A stretch of DNA of 64,000 bases. Source: Phoronis australis (lineage: Eukaryota; Animalia; Phoronida). Position 1 is the first letter of the stretch; every line of letters starts with the position of its first letter. A program made the position numbers and the translations under genes. A model generated the notes under the pieces. The model had not been told where the DNA came from, did no database searches, and saw only the letters and a list, made by a program, of their open reading frames with translations. Location of the stretch: contig NMRA01000019.1 in the NCBI GenBank assembly GCA_002633005.1, positions 173,555 through 237,554 of the forward strand, read 5' to 3'. Shown one piece after another: positions 10,701 to 22,639 of this stretch.

Positions 10701-13700
10701 CACAGGGCAAATTACTACTGGTTCCAGGAATTGCACGCTCTGGGGTACGTTCGGAGGCACGGGTGACAGTAGATGAAGTGCCTCCACTGGCTCCAGTCAC
10801 TGTGCTGACCACAGCTCGCGAGGCTTCTCGCTTCAAAAACGCACTTCTCGGGGGTGGCGACGGGGCACTGCGGGAATCAACACAGACGGAATGGCATCCT
10901 TCTTCAGGCGTTGTTTCGCAGGGACCTTCATCAGTTCAGCGTACAAATCCCTTTCGTTATCGGACGGCAGAAAGTGCTTGCCACACACACGGTAATTCTC
11001 CACTGCTTTGTACGTTGCGTGGACGGGTAACGCTGCGTTCTTCACACGAACGAGCCAAGTACGGCGAAGTGTGTCATCCATCGGAAAGCGATGCAAAGGT
11101 ACTCGAAAAGCGCGCGTGAGCCGATAATTAGTACATCCCGATACGCAGCAACAGTGTGGCATGTTGACTGACTAGTAAATGAAAGCAAACGACGACGGAA
11201 CTTAAAGTGTACGCAACATGACTCTAGTACCTCAAAATAAATTTCATTATTATATCTTACTTGATTTCAGTGCCTTTAGTGCACAGCTCATAAAGAAACA
11301 CGTAAAAATTGAAAAAAATAATAATTATGTACAACGTCATGGGTTGAACCCAAGTCGTTTGGCACACTGTTCGGATCAGCAACTAAGTGTATAGAGTGAA
11401 GTGAAAGTAAAGTATATTTAGCGTCGAGAAGGTTCGTAGAGGGATGAAAAGATGTGTTTGCGGAGGCTGCAGCAACAGCAGTCAGACGGAGAACGTCTCG
11501 GTGTTCCGAAGGACGCCAAAGTTGCGCAGTAGTGGCATCGCTTCGTGCGCCGAACGAGAGTGTGGGACCTCAGCGTGGACCAAGCGATTCTGTCCGGAGC
11601 CACTCTGTGTTCTGCCCACTTTGAGGAGTCGTGTTTCGACTCCAATCAGAGGAGATGTTACGATGAAGGCCTGGTTCAATAAAGGACAATATTTACTATT
11701 CAGAAACATCGGCTCTTTATTCAGGATCGTCTGTTGGATGACTGGGTTGACTGGCCGAGCCCGAGGCCGCTTCTCTCGCGGGAGGATCCAGTTCGTAAGG
11801 CCTCAAAGTAGAAAAGTACGCAGCTGAAAACATATCAAACTCGTTCTCGCTTTCGTGCAACCCCATTTCGTCATCCTGGCCACCATTCTCGTACGTTTCT
11901 TCATAGTATTTGTTCATTTCTTGCTCATAATCGTTGTCGCTTTCAAATTCCCTACTCTCCGCCGTTGTTCAATGCTAGTCGCTGATCTCTTGTGTTCAAC
12001 CCATGATGTCACATGGCGGGAAATGTGAAAATTGGCGAAATTGAAACAGAAATCAAAATTTCGAGCTAATGACACAAAATAATCATGGATTTGGCTAAAT
12101 TTTACGTCATACATTTAGTCTGTGGCCACCGGTAATTCGAAATGTGCAAAAATCCATGGTGTGTACTGTTTAACACAACCGAGGTAGAACAATGACTGAC
12201 TCGGCAGCTCTCACAGTGAGACTATATGAAAACAAATTGGCGCGAAATGCTTGCCTCCTAAAACGTCACTTCCGGAATAGCGGACGAGTAATTAATAAAA
12301 TTACAAAAAGCTATAATTAAGTGGAAAATATGTCTTGGATAACCAACCAACCTTATTTTAGGTCAAAATGACATGGAAAAAGGTTGCCTTCGCCTTTAAC
12401 TGCGACAAGTTGAGACAGTGGTACTGTCTAGTTCTCAAATGGAGAGAATTTCACTGTATCAGGAAGGAATTTCAACTTATCAGGAGAATTTCACAGGCTT
12501 GAAGCTGCATCAATCTCCCGACCAGGAGAATCCTCTGCCTCATCTAAAACTAGATCTAATTACGAGTGTAACTACAAAAATCCAACGATAGTACCGCAAT
12601 TGACAAAAACATGACAAAATGAATGTAATCCGGCTATAATACTTATTGGGAGATGTAAAGTCTGCATCCATTTCAAGAGTTAACACGAGGGTTTCACAGC
12701 TGCAATGGTTACCCTCAATGTCACCTGCCATACCGTATTCGCCGTAATAACCGCCCATGCCCCTATAAGCGCCCCCCACGCGTTTTCAGACTGCTAAAAT
12801 AAGCGCCCAGTCCATGAACGTGTATGTGCAAAAAATGCCTTACCAGTCCTAAAATTCTACAGTAACGTCTTCAATTTATCAATAATATCCGACAGTCCTC
12901 GCTGCTATGTCGGTATTTAGTCATGATTATACGCTTCAGAACTTCCGCCATGCCTCAAAACGAACACAAAAGTTCCGCTGATATTGCCAGGACCAATGGT
13001 CTGGCCTTTCAGAACAGCAGTAGTGTACTTGTCTGCGGGATTGCTTTGTAGATATTTACTGCTTTCAACAGGAATCCAAATTTCTTTGTAGGCCTACACG
13101 TGAAAACTGCGAATCGAAGACTAATAAAAAGCTTGGCCAGTGTTAACAGCACGTGGCCAGGAAGTGCGCGCTACATACATGAACCTGTCATCAAAGACAT
13201 TAGTCGGGAACTATCCATTCATGAAACGGGTAGCATAGCATCAGCAAGAAATGAATATTGGCACTAATTTCCGACAGTTTTTAATACTATAAAAAATGTT
13301 TGCGTTATTTTTAAGATGAATTGTTTGATTAACCATAATTGGTGTTTTTAAGCCAAATATCCGATAAAATGACCACTGACGGTGAATGCTTACACACCCT
13401 TACACCGAAAAATAACTGTCAGTCACGTACGCATCCAGTCACACGGCGACTAATATGGCCTTACCGAGACAAATGTCGAACGTTTTTAGCATATGAGACC
13501 GGCAAGTGCTGAATGAAACATGCTCTGGTTTAGGCCTACTGCTTGTGCTAATTTCTTTATACAATGCACATCTAGCTCGTTAGATTGCGTGGCTCTGGCC
13601 AAAAGACGGTATCTGCTCTGACAAATGAACTCTGGTGACACGCACGCGCTTGCTTACTCACAAATGCAGACGACTTCAAAACAAAACGGTCACGTGACAA

Positions 13701-16700
13701 CAACATGTGTGTTCATCCAGACATTTTTCTCATGTTGCCGATCATACATGTAGATGGCATGATGTAACACAGATTTGTACTTAAACCTGCCGTGATCCTG
13801 ACTCCACGGGAACTTAAAAATCTTAGGGACGCTACTTGGAAAACTTAGAAGGATTTCAGGTATAATGTGCTTGAGTCGAAACTGTATTTTTGTTCAAGCA
13901 TTCAGGTCGCCATATCGACGATTGCGAGGCAGGCAGTCGGCGAGTTTTCGCCCTGGGATTTCAGCACAATTTTCTGTAAAATGATCGTAACTTAGCAGCA
14001 AAATTTGATAGCAATGCACCACGGTTTTTGTAGAAAGTCTTTCATAGATTACAGATACGTCACACAGTGTAAATATGATGAATCTTAGCTTCCGATTGGA
14101 TTTTTTACCAGGTCGGCTAACAAAATCTGAGGCCTTATGGCGACTCGCAGGTTGCCAGCTCAAGGCCTGACATTACACACTAGTGTTCTTAACTGGTATC
14201 ACTTTCTTAACTGGTTTCACATTGTCTCACGTGTGTATTGTATTGCAGCACAGAAAAATAAGCATCTTCGCAAAGGAGTTCGCGAAGTCCAGAAATTTGT
14301 TCGCAAAGGTGAAACGGGGTGAGTTGGTGAATAACACAATAACTGGTAGATGGGTTTAATTAATTCCGAGAAAGGTTTTGTTAAGAGCTGGGGACATTTT
14401 GTCATTTCAAGATTGCTTGTCAGCATACGACTCCTGTGTTAATAGTCTTTTATTCAAATGAGAGCGTACAAGTGCTGCAACACCAAAATCACCTCAGCGA
14501 CGTTTTTTGTTGTTATGGTGGTGCTACCCAGAAACTGTGCGCGAGCTGGAGTTTTGGCCAGGTCACAAACGATGACCTGGTAATTTTCATAATGTCGAGG
14601 GCTGTCTTAGTAGTATGAGCATGACGTTCCACTGGCATTGTTTTTTCACACTTTCTTGGGAGGAGCCACATGTCGCACCACTCCAACGGTGTGTTCTTTG
14701 TGATAGCCAATAAACAAATTATCCGACGCCATTTTAGGTTTGTATTCTGAACTTCAAAGTTAAAACATGATGAAAAATATATTACCATGTGTATGTTAAT
14801 TCAACACTACACATAAGTGTCATTCACACTATGAATTTCTATAGAACAAGTTACTCCTGGTATGAATTGTCATTGTCACTAGGTTTAATAGTAGTGTGGA
14901 TGCTGTTTGAGCTGAGCTAACTTGACACACGAGCGACAAATAACCCCCACCAGGTGGCACCTTATCAAGGTAGAGTAACTTCTAGAACAACTTGCACCAG
15001 TTGCAAGTTGTAGTGCCGAAGTAATTACCAGCTGTGCGCTTGCTCAGCCGCACATTTTTGTGGCATATTTGTCGCTTGGTGTATAGTGTGGAGTGTTGAC
15101 ACTGGGCGTAATGGAGATAAGTTGTTTCAGGGCAAGTTGTTCCTATGGCAACTTGTGTGGACAGGACTTATTAGAGTTCTGTCCCCATTATCATAGATAT
15201 TTCACTTTATTGACTGTAGTCAGTTATTTGTTGAGAGCTGCTACAAACTGACTTAATTATAGATAGAGTTTGGCTGCGTGTATCACATGACGTTGGTTAT
15301 TCATAAATATGTCAGTAGATAATAACAAGTAGTGTCTTGTACCCTAATTGAAACCTTGTTGATAGACAGAGGTACAAATGATTTGGAATCATCATGATAA
15401 TTAAGTCTGCTAATATTTCTATTTATCCTTTGTAAGCACACATACGTTATGTTGTGAGTTGCTTCAGGCAATACAATGACTCTTGTGCTATGAAGTATGC
15501 CGTCAATGCCAATCACGTTTCGCTGTGTATAAAATTACATCTTTATTTTCCCTGGTTAATTATTCACACACTATGTACAATTATATATCTTGATTTGTTA
15601 TTGCCAGCTTTAATATTTCTTTATCCGCAACGTTTTTGAGCCAGATATGCAATTGATTTTAACAGCAGGGCAAATCTTTACCGTCCATTTTCAGGCTGCC
15701 TTTTTGATTTTCAAGTTTGAACTTCGAAAACTAGTTTTTCTTCACTGTATGAGAAGATTTATACGATAATTTTCACTTTTTTTCATGTTTTCTCTGTGTA
15801 TTAGAGGTAAAAAGAAATATTGGACCATTCTTTTGAAAAAGGACTTTGATGGCAGATATTTTGTTGTTTGATTGTAAATAAAAAATCTGACACTCTTCTA
15901 GATTGTCAGGATGTAATTCAAGCATGGAGTTAACTTAGTTCATTTTTTGAGAAGTTCACATTCAAAGCAGATTACAAACTATGACTGTCGTCGCATTTTA
16001 TTCAACTGTGAAGCGTTAAGGTTGTCTGTTACTGTAAGAAACATGAGAGTTGATAGTTGCTGTAAATTGACATTTGAATTGCAGTGTGGTTATCTTTGCT
16101 GGAGACACTAGTCCGGTGGATGTCATATGTCACATGCCGCTCGTGTGCGAGGAGAAGGGTATACCGTATTGCTACACTCCCTCCAAAGATGTGAGTTGAG
16201 TTCAACTGTTGCCTAGCGACTGATGAAAATTCACATGTCTTTTTGTTTGGATTTCACTCTGTGTTTGAAACACTGTCTCTGCACCCTTGGTAAAATTCTC
16301 AGCTTAGTCAATTTCGTTGAGTCCCTATGTGGGTTTATTGCCCCTTCAACGTAATTGTCACAGGCAGAGCAAACGAGGTTTCTAAAAAAGTTGTTTTTGA
16401 CCCCGGTAGAACACGGTGTGTTATGGCTTTAAATTTAAATGAAATTTTATTTCATTGTTAGCGTTGTCTTGGCAATATTTTTATCTATTGCGGCACTATA
16501 ATATCCCTGTTATGTCATGCAGAATTGATTCACACCCGCTTATTAGCCAGGTACATTAATTTCTGTATAAAAACTATCTTAATTATCTGAAATTAATCTG
16601 TTTTATCTGATCTCAGTGTCAGGGGTGAAAATCGGTCATTTCCTTCTTACCTGTCTACCTGTCTTACGCTGAGACTCTCCACTTAGCACTATTAAGCATA

Positions 16701-17215
16701 TGAGAGCGGTTACAATTATCGCCAAGACGAAACCTGCCTATTGGAATATCTCGATCATTTTCGTAATTCACATCTAAACCAAGGGTATGACATTAAGCTG
16801 GCTCCACTGTTTATGTAAATATGTGTATTCCTCCATGTAGATGGATAACTATGTAGTAATTTTTAATTGGAAATTGTTGTACATTATATTTTCCGTAATA
16901 AACATTAAAATGCATTGTGAGCATTCTTTGCAATTAGCAATTTTTTGAAATATAGAAAAATGGCAGTGCTGTAAATTCTTTTGTTGCTAAGTGACGAGTT
17001 TTGACAGTGGAGTAATGATAGTTTCTTCTATTTTGCTGTGTACTGAAAGTCGAGCCAATTACTGATTTTCTTCTTCCCGCACACCACAGGATCTGGGAGC
17101 AGCGTGTGGGTCCAAGAGGCCCACTTGTATGGTGATGATCAAAGCACACCAAGACTACAAAGACCTGTATGATGAGTGTTATGAAAGCATCAAAGGGTTA
17201 CCCCTGCCGTTATGA
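7625..17215 (+). CDS. NHP2: H/ACA ribonucleoprotein complex subunit 2 (NHP2, L7Ae family); join(7625..7769,14249..14318,16085..16190,17090..17215), 148 aa
   Basis: Four GT-AG exons with matching phases (1,2,0) give [11 protein letters not shown]...[123 protein letters not shown]. PIAxPLA, RGVxEVQK, AGDxxPxDV and LGxAxGxKRPT are NHP2 signatures. Confidence 0.97.
7831..8526. mobile_element. Foldback MITE, CACAGG-ended family, copy 1 (right tip truncated)
   Basis: Long inverted arms, e.g. TACTACAAGGTATGACACTCCGGACTAGAAATTCCACGGGTGCTTCACTTCAGCC and its reverse complement at about 8440-8493. Confidence 0.85.
8537..9211. mobile_element. Foldback MITE, CACAGG-ended family, copy 2
   Basis: CACAGGCGTCCTCAGCTTCTGATC...GATCAGAAGCTGAGGACGCCTGTG; arms of about 280 bp. 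Confidence 0.88.
10094..10400 (+). pseudogene. Cys-rich Kolobok accessory (KolX-like, P2X7 ballast-like) ORF remnant
   Basis: Acidic N-terminus, then YMFEPEYNE...[13 protein letters not shown]...MECLCCSE, with stops and frameshifts. Confidence 0.65.
10410..11162 (-). pseudogene. THAP-domain Kolobok transposase N-terminus (frameshifted, internally deleted)
   Basis: [12 protein letters not shown]...LHRFPMD...W...VCGKHF...LKKDAIPSV is a complete C2CH THAP domain with AVP box. Then, in other frames, [17 protein letters not shown]...[10 protein letters not shown]. No DDE core is retained. Confidence 0.8.
11444..11683 (+). pseudogene. Second, distinct THAP-domain remnant
   Basis: [12 protein letters not shown]...F, frameshift, [17 protein letters not shown]...[11 protein letters not shown]. 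Confidence 0.75.
11700..11917 (-). pseudogene. Second KolX-like N-terminal remnant
   Basis: Acidic leader, LRPYELDP (the PYxFEP-type motif), then RADVSE ending where W-C-x-C would start; truncated. Confidence 0.45.
12731..12812 (+). mobile_element. Terminus of a Tc1/mariner-pogo-type element
   Basis: TA-CCGTA start followed by repeated ATAAGCGCCC/ATAACCGCCC motifs; partner end not found. Confidence 0.35.
14249..14318 (+). CDS. NHP2: NHP2 exon 2
   Basis: Acceptor TATTGCAG|, donor GG|GTGAGT; encodes (A)[22 protein letters not shown](G). Confidence 0.95.
16085..16190 (+). CDS. NHP2: NHP2 exon 3
   Basis: Acceptor TTGCAG|, donor GAT|GTGAGT; encodes [35 protein letters not shown]. Confidence 0.95.
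17090..17215 (+). CDS. NHP2: NHP2 exon 4 (terminal coding)
   Basis: Pyrimidine tract then CACAG|; encodes [13 protein letters not shown]...LPLPL; TGA at 17213-17215. Confidence 0.95.
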   Translation, partial: DLGAACGSKRPTCMVMIKAHQDYKDLYDECYESIKGLPLPL

Positions 17216-17859
17216 GCTCCCCTTATGAGCTGAACGGACACTTCTTGTGTGGATCTTGGAGCATAACTGTCGCTTCAAAGGATAAAGGATTGGATGATAA
17301 TTTCAGTCTTAGTTCAGGAAGTCATCACTGTGTTGGATGCCTATAAGTAGAGTCTGACTGAAGAAACATTGGGGACTTGCACTGATTGCTGGGTTGTACC
17401 TGCACCACATTTTGTTGGTTGCTTTTTAAAGTAAAATATAAATATATTCTACTCTTGGAAACGAGTATATTTTGTGTGCTTATTATAAAATGTTTAATGG
17501 GGTGTTTTGCTGATGTTTAGCGGTCAATGCTGAATGTGCTTGTCCGATATTGGATTGTTGCCAAAAAGACTGACTACTCAAGTCACAGGCTATTTGCATG
17601 CGTCATTTTTGAATTTGCTGTTTTAGGGATGGCCATCTCCAATTAAATTTGAAGTGTTTTCTTGGGTGGTTCATGGTTTCGATGCACTGATTTTTAACAA
17701 AAATGAATCCAAAAGAAAAACTTTTCTCAGCAGTATAATCGCTTTTACAGTGTTTGTGGCCTGAACAGCAACTTTTTATTAGCATAAAGCACTGGGCCAA
17801 CAACATAATATAAACAGAACTGTTTGCACACTTGACATTTGTTCACTTTTCGCAACAAT

Positions 17860-18584
17860 TCACCACAGACAGTGTCACTGATGAACATACCCCAAAGCAT
17901 GCAATGCCGGGAGCTAGCAGTGATTCGCCCTGTGCTAGTGTTGTCTGCAGCCCTGCAGAGATGTAGAGTAGTGGGAGTGAACACAGGTCCAGTTCGACAC
18001 CCAGTGAGGAGGACAGTTCATGGTCCAGTGAACAGGCCGGTGAGCCAAACTTTGATAAGTTTATTGTGGACTTGACTAAAGTATTGAAGCTATTTAGAAG
18101 ATGCCAGGTGTGTGACGAGAGAGTCGCACGACGGGACGTAATCGGTTTGGGTGCTCAAGTCACCATCAAGTGTGAACAGCTTGGGCATTCCATTGAGGTT
18201 GGCATAATAGTGCACACCGTGCATTTAGACCAAGACGTCCCATCACGTCTGTCCCCGGTCTCTGCCTCGTACCTCTCAACAGCTGTTTGTGCGTATTCTG
18301 CCTCATTAAACTCGGGCTCAAACGTATATCCACCCACTGACTATTCGCGAAAAGATTCCTCGTCACCACGTCACTGTCTGTGATATGGGTTGCGGACTCC
18401 AGCCATTTTTAGGCTACTACAAACTAAACAATCCCTAAATTCAACCTAATCGAGTTCTGTAACAACCTAGCTTGTCGAATGCTCGTCGATAGGATGTGGT
18501 GACGACAAAGTTAGGAAACCAGGACGAAAACAACAGTAGAACAGATCCCCACAGTAAACTCAAACGCAGAAAGAAGTCGCCTTT
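17860..18584. mobile_element. Diverged inverted copy of the left Kolobok module (transposase fragment +, KolX-like fragment -)
   Basis: Aligns by eye with the reverse complement of about 9920-10770 (e.g. GAGCCAAACTTTGATAAGTTTATTGTGG). Encodes GYTFEPEFNEAE...GTSWSKCTVC...MECPSC and ends in TCGCCTTT like the TIR tip. Confidence 0.8.
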
Positions 18585-19655
18585 CAATGCTATAATTGCG
18601 TTGCTTTTGTTTAGCCAGCTAAAAAGGCCAAAATGTTGCTTTAATTTCCCATTTTCATATTTTTGTTCTGAAAACTGTTTGTATGTACAGATAAAAAAAG
18701 TGGAATACGTGTAAAAGAATGAACGTTTGCTGTCCTGTTTAGTTTTAACTTAATTATTGTATCGTACCATCCCTCGAGTTGCTTCCTTGTCGCACGTTGA
18801 AAGCTATTACGTTCTATCTATGAATGATTGTTAGATCGATGTCTGTGATCATTCAATTTAACTTGTAGCGTAGCTGATAGCATGCCTATCTTGGTCAATG
18901 AAAAGTCAGCAGTGTCACACAGGGCTACAGAACTTTGTTTTATACCGTTTGCCGTAAACTGTGAACAGTAAAAGAAGAGCCAGATGAGTATGTTCTCTTC
19001 CTGGTTTCATGACAAGACCACTGAAGGTCTGAAAAGGGAAAAACTGACTACTAGTAGTTCTGGACAAGAGCACTGTGGTTGCGTTGGGAGGATTAATCCA
19101 CAAACATACCAGCTGTCTCTTAGAGGATTTCGGCTGCTTTCTGTCGGATTGGTCTTGAGGGAGTACATGTCATCAAGTTCACTATTGCTCTCATAGACTA
19201 AGACAAAAAGATAAAAATTAGTCAGTTGTACACGATAGGAAGTTCAATTAAAAGGAACGTTGCGGTAGGCGCGATCTTCATGGGTTAGTGAATGAGGCAA
19301 ACCGATCAGGCAGGGGTACAGCAACGTATAGTATGTAGTTGAGGCGCATAATAGTTTCATTTTCCAAAAATTCTATGTACAAAAACTAGCCATATGCAGT
19401 AATGAATTTTGCCAGAGATCCGGGTTCCCTGATTTTGCACCAATGAAGCTTGTTATTATAACTCTAGGTCTATGTAATAGCACTCGACTTCAAATTTCAC
19501 AACGATGACATGCTAAACCTGAGACGGTCGGCAAAACTTAAGTATAGCCACTCATGATAAACAGCAAATTTGAATTTACTAAACAAGAAACCTCTCGTCT
19601 TCACATTCAATAAACTTGTTTATAATCCCAACAAACGTAATAGCTATCTCTGAAA

Positions 19656-19951
19656 CAGTGGCAGATCTAGGATACCATAAGGCCATAAGGGGAGGGGCAG
19701 CATGTTGCCTCGGGGGATTGGGCAAGCGCGATTGAATGTGCACAGGGGCCCGAAAGTTGAGGGTGTCGGGATGCAGACCTTCCGTTCAGAAAATCTGCCG
19801 GTGGACTAAAAAAAAACGGGAGCACGATGGTACCTCTGGTCCTAGTTACTGAACTTCATATTTCCTCACGCTTCACGCTGTTGCTGTTTCATTTTGCTTG
19901 CGGCAGCCAGGGGGGGAGGGCTGTCCCCCTTCCCTCCTAAATCCGCCTATG
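19656..19951. mobile_element. hAT-type MITE
   Basis: Termini CAGTGGCAGATCTAGG / CCTAAATCCGCCTATG; G/C-run subtermini; TGAAA on both flanks. Confidence 0.7.
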
Positions 19952-21545
19952 TGAAATGCTGCGGAGCTATCGTGATCTTGAAATTGGTGCGCTTTTGGTA
20001 AGATCAAATTACGCATTCTAACGAAAGGAATGTTTTCCCCTATCGTTTTCTTATACCATGGCAAACATGTGGGTCTTTAAAATAGTAGATGTTAAAGAAA
20101 AAAGTTAACAGTGTTACTATTTTTGTGTAAAAGCTACAACGCTAAAACTTATTGAGTGTATATAAAACCGAGAAACGTTTATTTTCCCCAACTTAAGAAA
20201 AGCTGTAAACAGCTATGACTAAGTTCAGTTTCGAAATCGATTTCAAGAGTAGCGTCTGCAAAACGTACAAAACAATGCTTTTAAAAGAGGGCGCTGCATG
20301 GAGAAAATATTAAAATGTCGGGCCTTTAACGTACATCATCATAGTTAAAATTAGGCACAATTCTTTAATCATTCCTACAATTAAAACCAATGAAGCTTCA
20401 AATGTTTTTAAGATACAGTGTTTGTCAGTTTAGGCTCGTGTGTCCGGCAACATCCCAAAATAATTCGTTGCAGATAGCCGTGAGGTGTATAATCTTTCAC
20501 TCTTTCATGCAAAAAGACTGCAAAAAGGCATGACTTGGTGGATATCGACCTGCATTATTAGAAAAGCACGTGATCATGCGAGATTCTTCCGTCTACAGAG
20601 CTCTACCCGCGGTACGTTCAGGTGCATAAGTTGAAAGTCTGATGTTGGGTTGCGGAAGGTTGTAGCACAAACGGCTGTAAGTGCACTGTAAAACATTTCC
20701 ATGGAGACTCGATCGGTGATGAGAAATTCGAATTTGTCGGGTTATCTGTGTACATGCCTGTTTATTGCTTGCTCGATGTAGACGTTTTTATACCCCAAGG
20801 GACGTATGTCCGAATTGTAAGTGAGGGCTTATTTATACCTAGTGAAGACTTGTGTGATTTTGTGTTATTGCGAGTTGCTTGCTTCTAAGCAACACGACGC
20901 AGTTGACACATGAAAGGTTCTTAAAAAGACGTCATAGGCGAAACAGATGATTCTTTGAGAGCAGCCCCAGCACAGAATTGAACGTGCAACCCCCGTGGTC
21001 AAAGTCTGACGCTCTGTTGGAGGAGCTAAACGTCACCGTGAATCAAGTTGCTCTGATAACGGTGGAAGTATGAGTAGACCATTTGGTTAATAAGCAGCCA
21101 ATTAGTCTTGTTAATAAAGTCATTAGCTCGTCCGATATGTGGTAATGGAACCCAAGACGCTTCAATGTCAAAATAACATTTCCCTCCCTTGCTTTAAAAT
21201 TAATGTCAATGACTCCGTAATGATATTGCAGTATATTTCAACAGGAATCCTAGATCTGGAGAGAAAAATGTTATCTTTTTGAGTCAGTTATTGGGGTTTC
21301 ATGGTACATTGTTGCTATTATATCACACCTAGTTTCCTCATTGTTTAGTATGACGTCATTTTGAAATTTGATGTCTCGCTCTATAGCAAACGTGAAAATA
21401 ATAAAAACTCAAAGCGAAATCAACATTCAAATTAAATAATCAGTTTATTTGAAACAAAAAGTCATATTCAACTGTTTTATAAGTTGGCCAATGTCGTAAA
21501 GCAATGACTGCTTTTTGGCTTTTAAAGATGTTTGAGAACGACCCA

Positions 21546-22322
21546 CTAGCCTCGTCCCCAAGCCTCAAGATGACGCTGATCGGTTTAGCCATTTGAGGCT
21601 TGGTTACGGGAAATGAAATGAGTCAGAATTCTGACACATTTTCACGGAAATCGACGGAATATCACGAATAATATAATTTTGATTTTTTGCAGTTTTTATA
21701 AAAATGAAAACTAACGGTACATTGCAACAATTTAGCTATGATGCTATTTATAAAACAAAAATAAAATAAGTATCCAAACAATCTTTATTTCAAACAATAA
21801 CAAAACAATGCCTTCTACTTCATGAATGGCAACAATAACGCCTGTGAAAATAATTAAAATCTACCTTTGTTTTAACTACGACAGAGCAGCGCCAACATTG
21901 CGCAGAAAGCAATTGACCTATCGCAAGCTCCGCCCACTTTTGAAATGTTGACAAACAAACAAGTTTTACCCGGCAACTTGTTGTTTGTCGGGTAAAATGG
22001 CGGCTTGGAAACGAAGGTGTGTCACGAATGCTGCGTTCTGATTAGACAGTGGCTTAAAAGCCGTCAATCAAAATCTTGGCGATAGGTCAACTGACTTATC
22101 GCCAGGATTTTGAATGACGGCTTTACTGACCATTTTGAACTCATCATTCTTGACACACCTTCGTTTCCAAGCCGCCATTTTACCCGACAAAGAACACGTT
22201 GCTGGGTAAAACTTATTGTTTGTTAGTCGACATTACGCAACGGGGCGGAGGTCAATTCTCATAACCTAGTCTCAAATGGCTAAATCGATCGGCGCCATCT
22301 TGAGGCATGAGAACGAGGCTGG
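21546..22322. mobile_element. MITE with TIRs of about 65 bp and an internal long palindrome
   Basis: CTAGCCTCGTCCCCAAGCCTCAAGATGACGCTGATCGGTTTAGCCATTTGAG / CTCAAATGGCTAAATCGATCGGCGCCATCTTGAGGCATGAGAACGAGGCTGG; inner inverted arms at about 21929-22250. Confidence 0.75.
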
Positions 22323-22639
22323 ACAACGAGCAAAATACGAAAATGGAAACGTTCCAACGATAAATTAAAGCTGTGTCGAGCACCCTAAGTAAGAATTTCC
22401 CGAAAAGTCGCTTTTGCTTTAGTTTGCTGTCCCCGACCACGTTGAATTCTCGATCGCCCATCTTGCCGTTAAAATGATCATTGCCATTATAAAATCTATC
22501 GAAGAAAATACTGTGTCCCCACAGTTCAGTCAAGGATAAGGTACTTATCGTGGCAGTAGACTCGTCACAGACAGGGCACATTGAGATCTTTAAATAATAT
22601 TATCATAGTTTGTAGTGTCAAAACGTTACGTATTCAAGA

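Larger units (their letters stand above)
9760..12395. mobile_element. Non-autonomous Kolobok-type DNA transposon in NHP2 intron 1
   Basis: TTAA on both sides (9756-9759, 12396-12399); AGG...CCT termini; near-perfect TIRs of about 160 bp (AGGCGAAGGCAACCTTTTTCCATGTCATTTTGA...); internal THAP and Cys-rich ORF remnants. Confidence 0.85.

Noticed and set aside
14319-17089. Intronic snoRNAs in NHP2 introns 2-3 (hairpin CCAGGTCA/TGACCTGG near 14558; H-box-like AGAGCA near 16367; TGATGA near 14769)
   Set aside because: No complete hairpin-H-hairpin-ACA or C/D pair with a terminal stem could be built by eye. A snoReport/Infernal scan would be needed.
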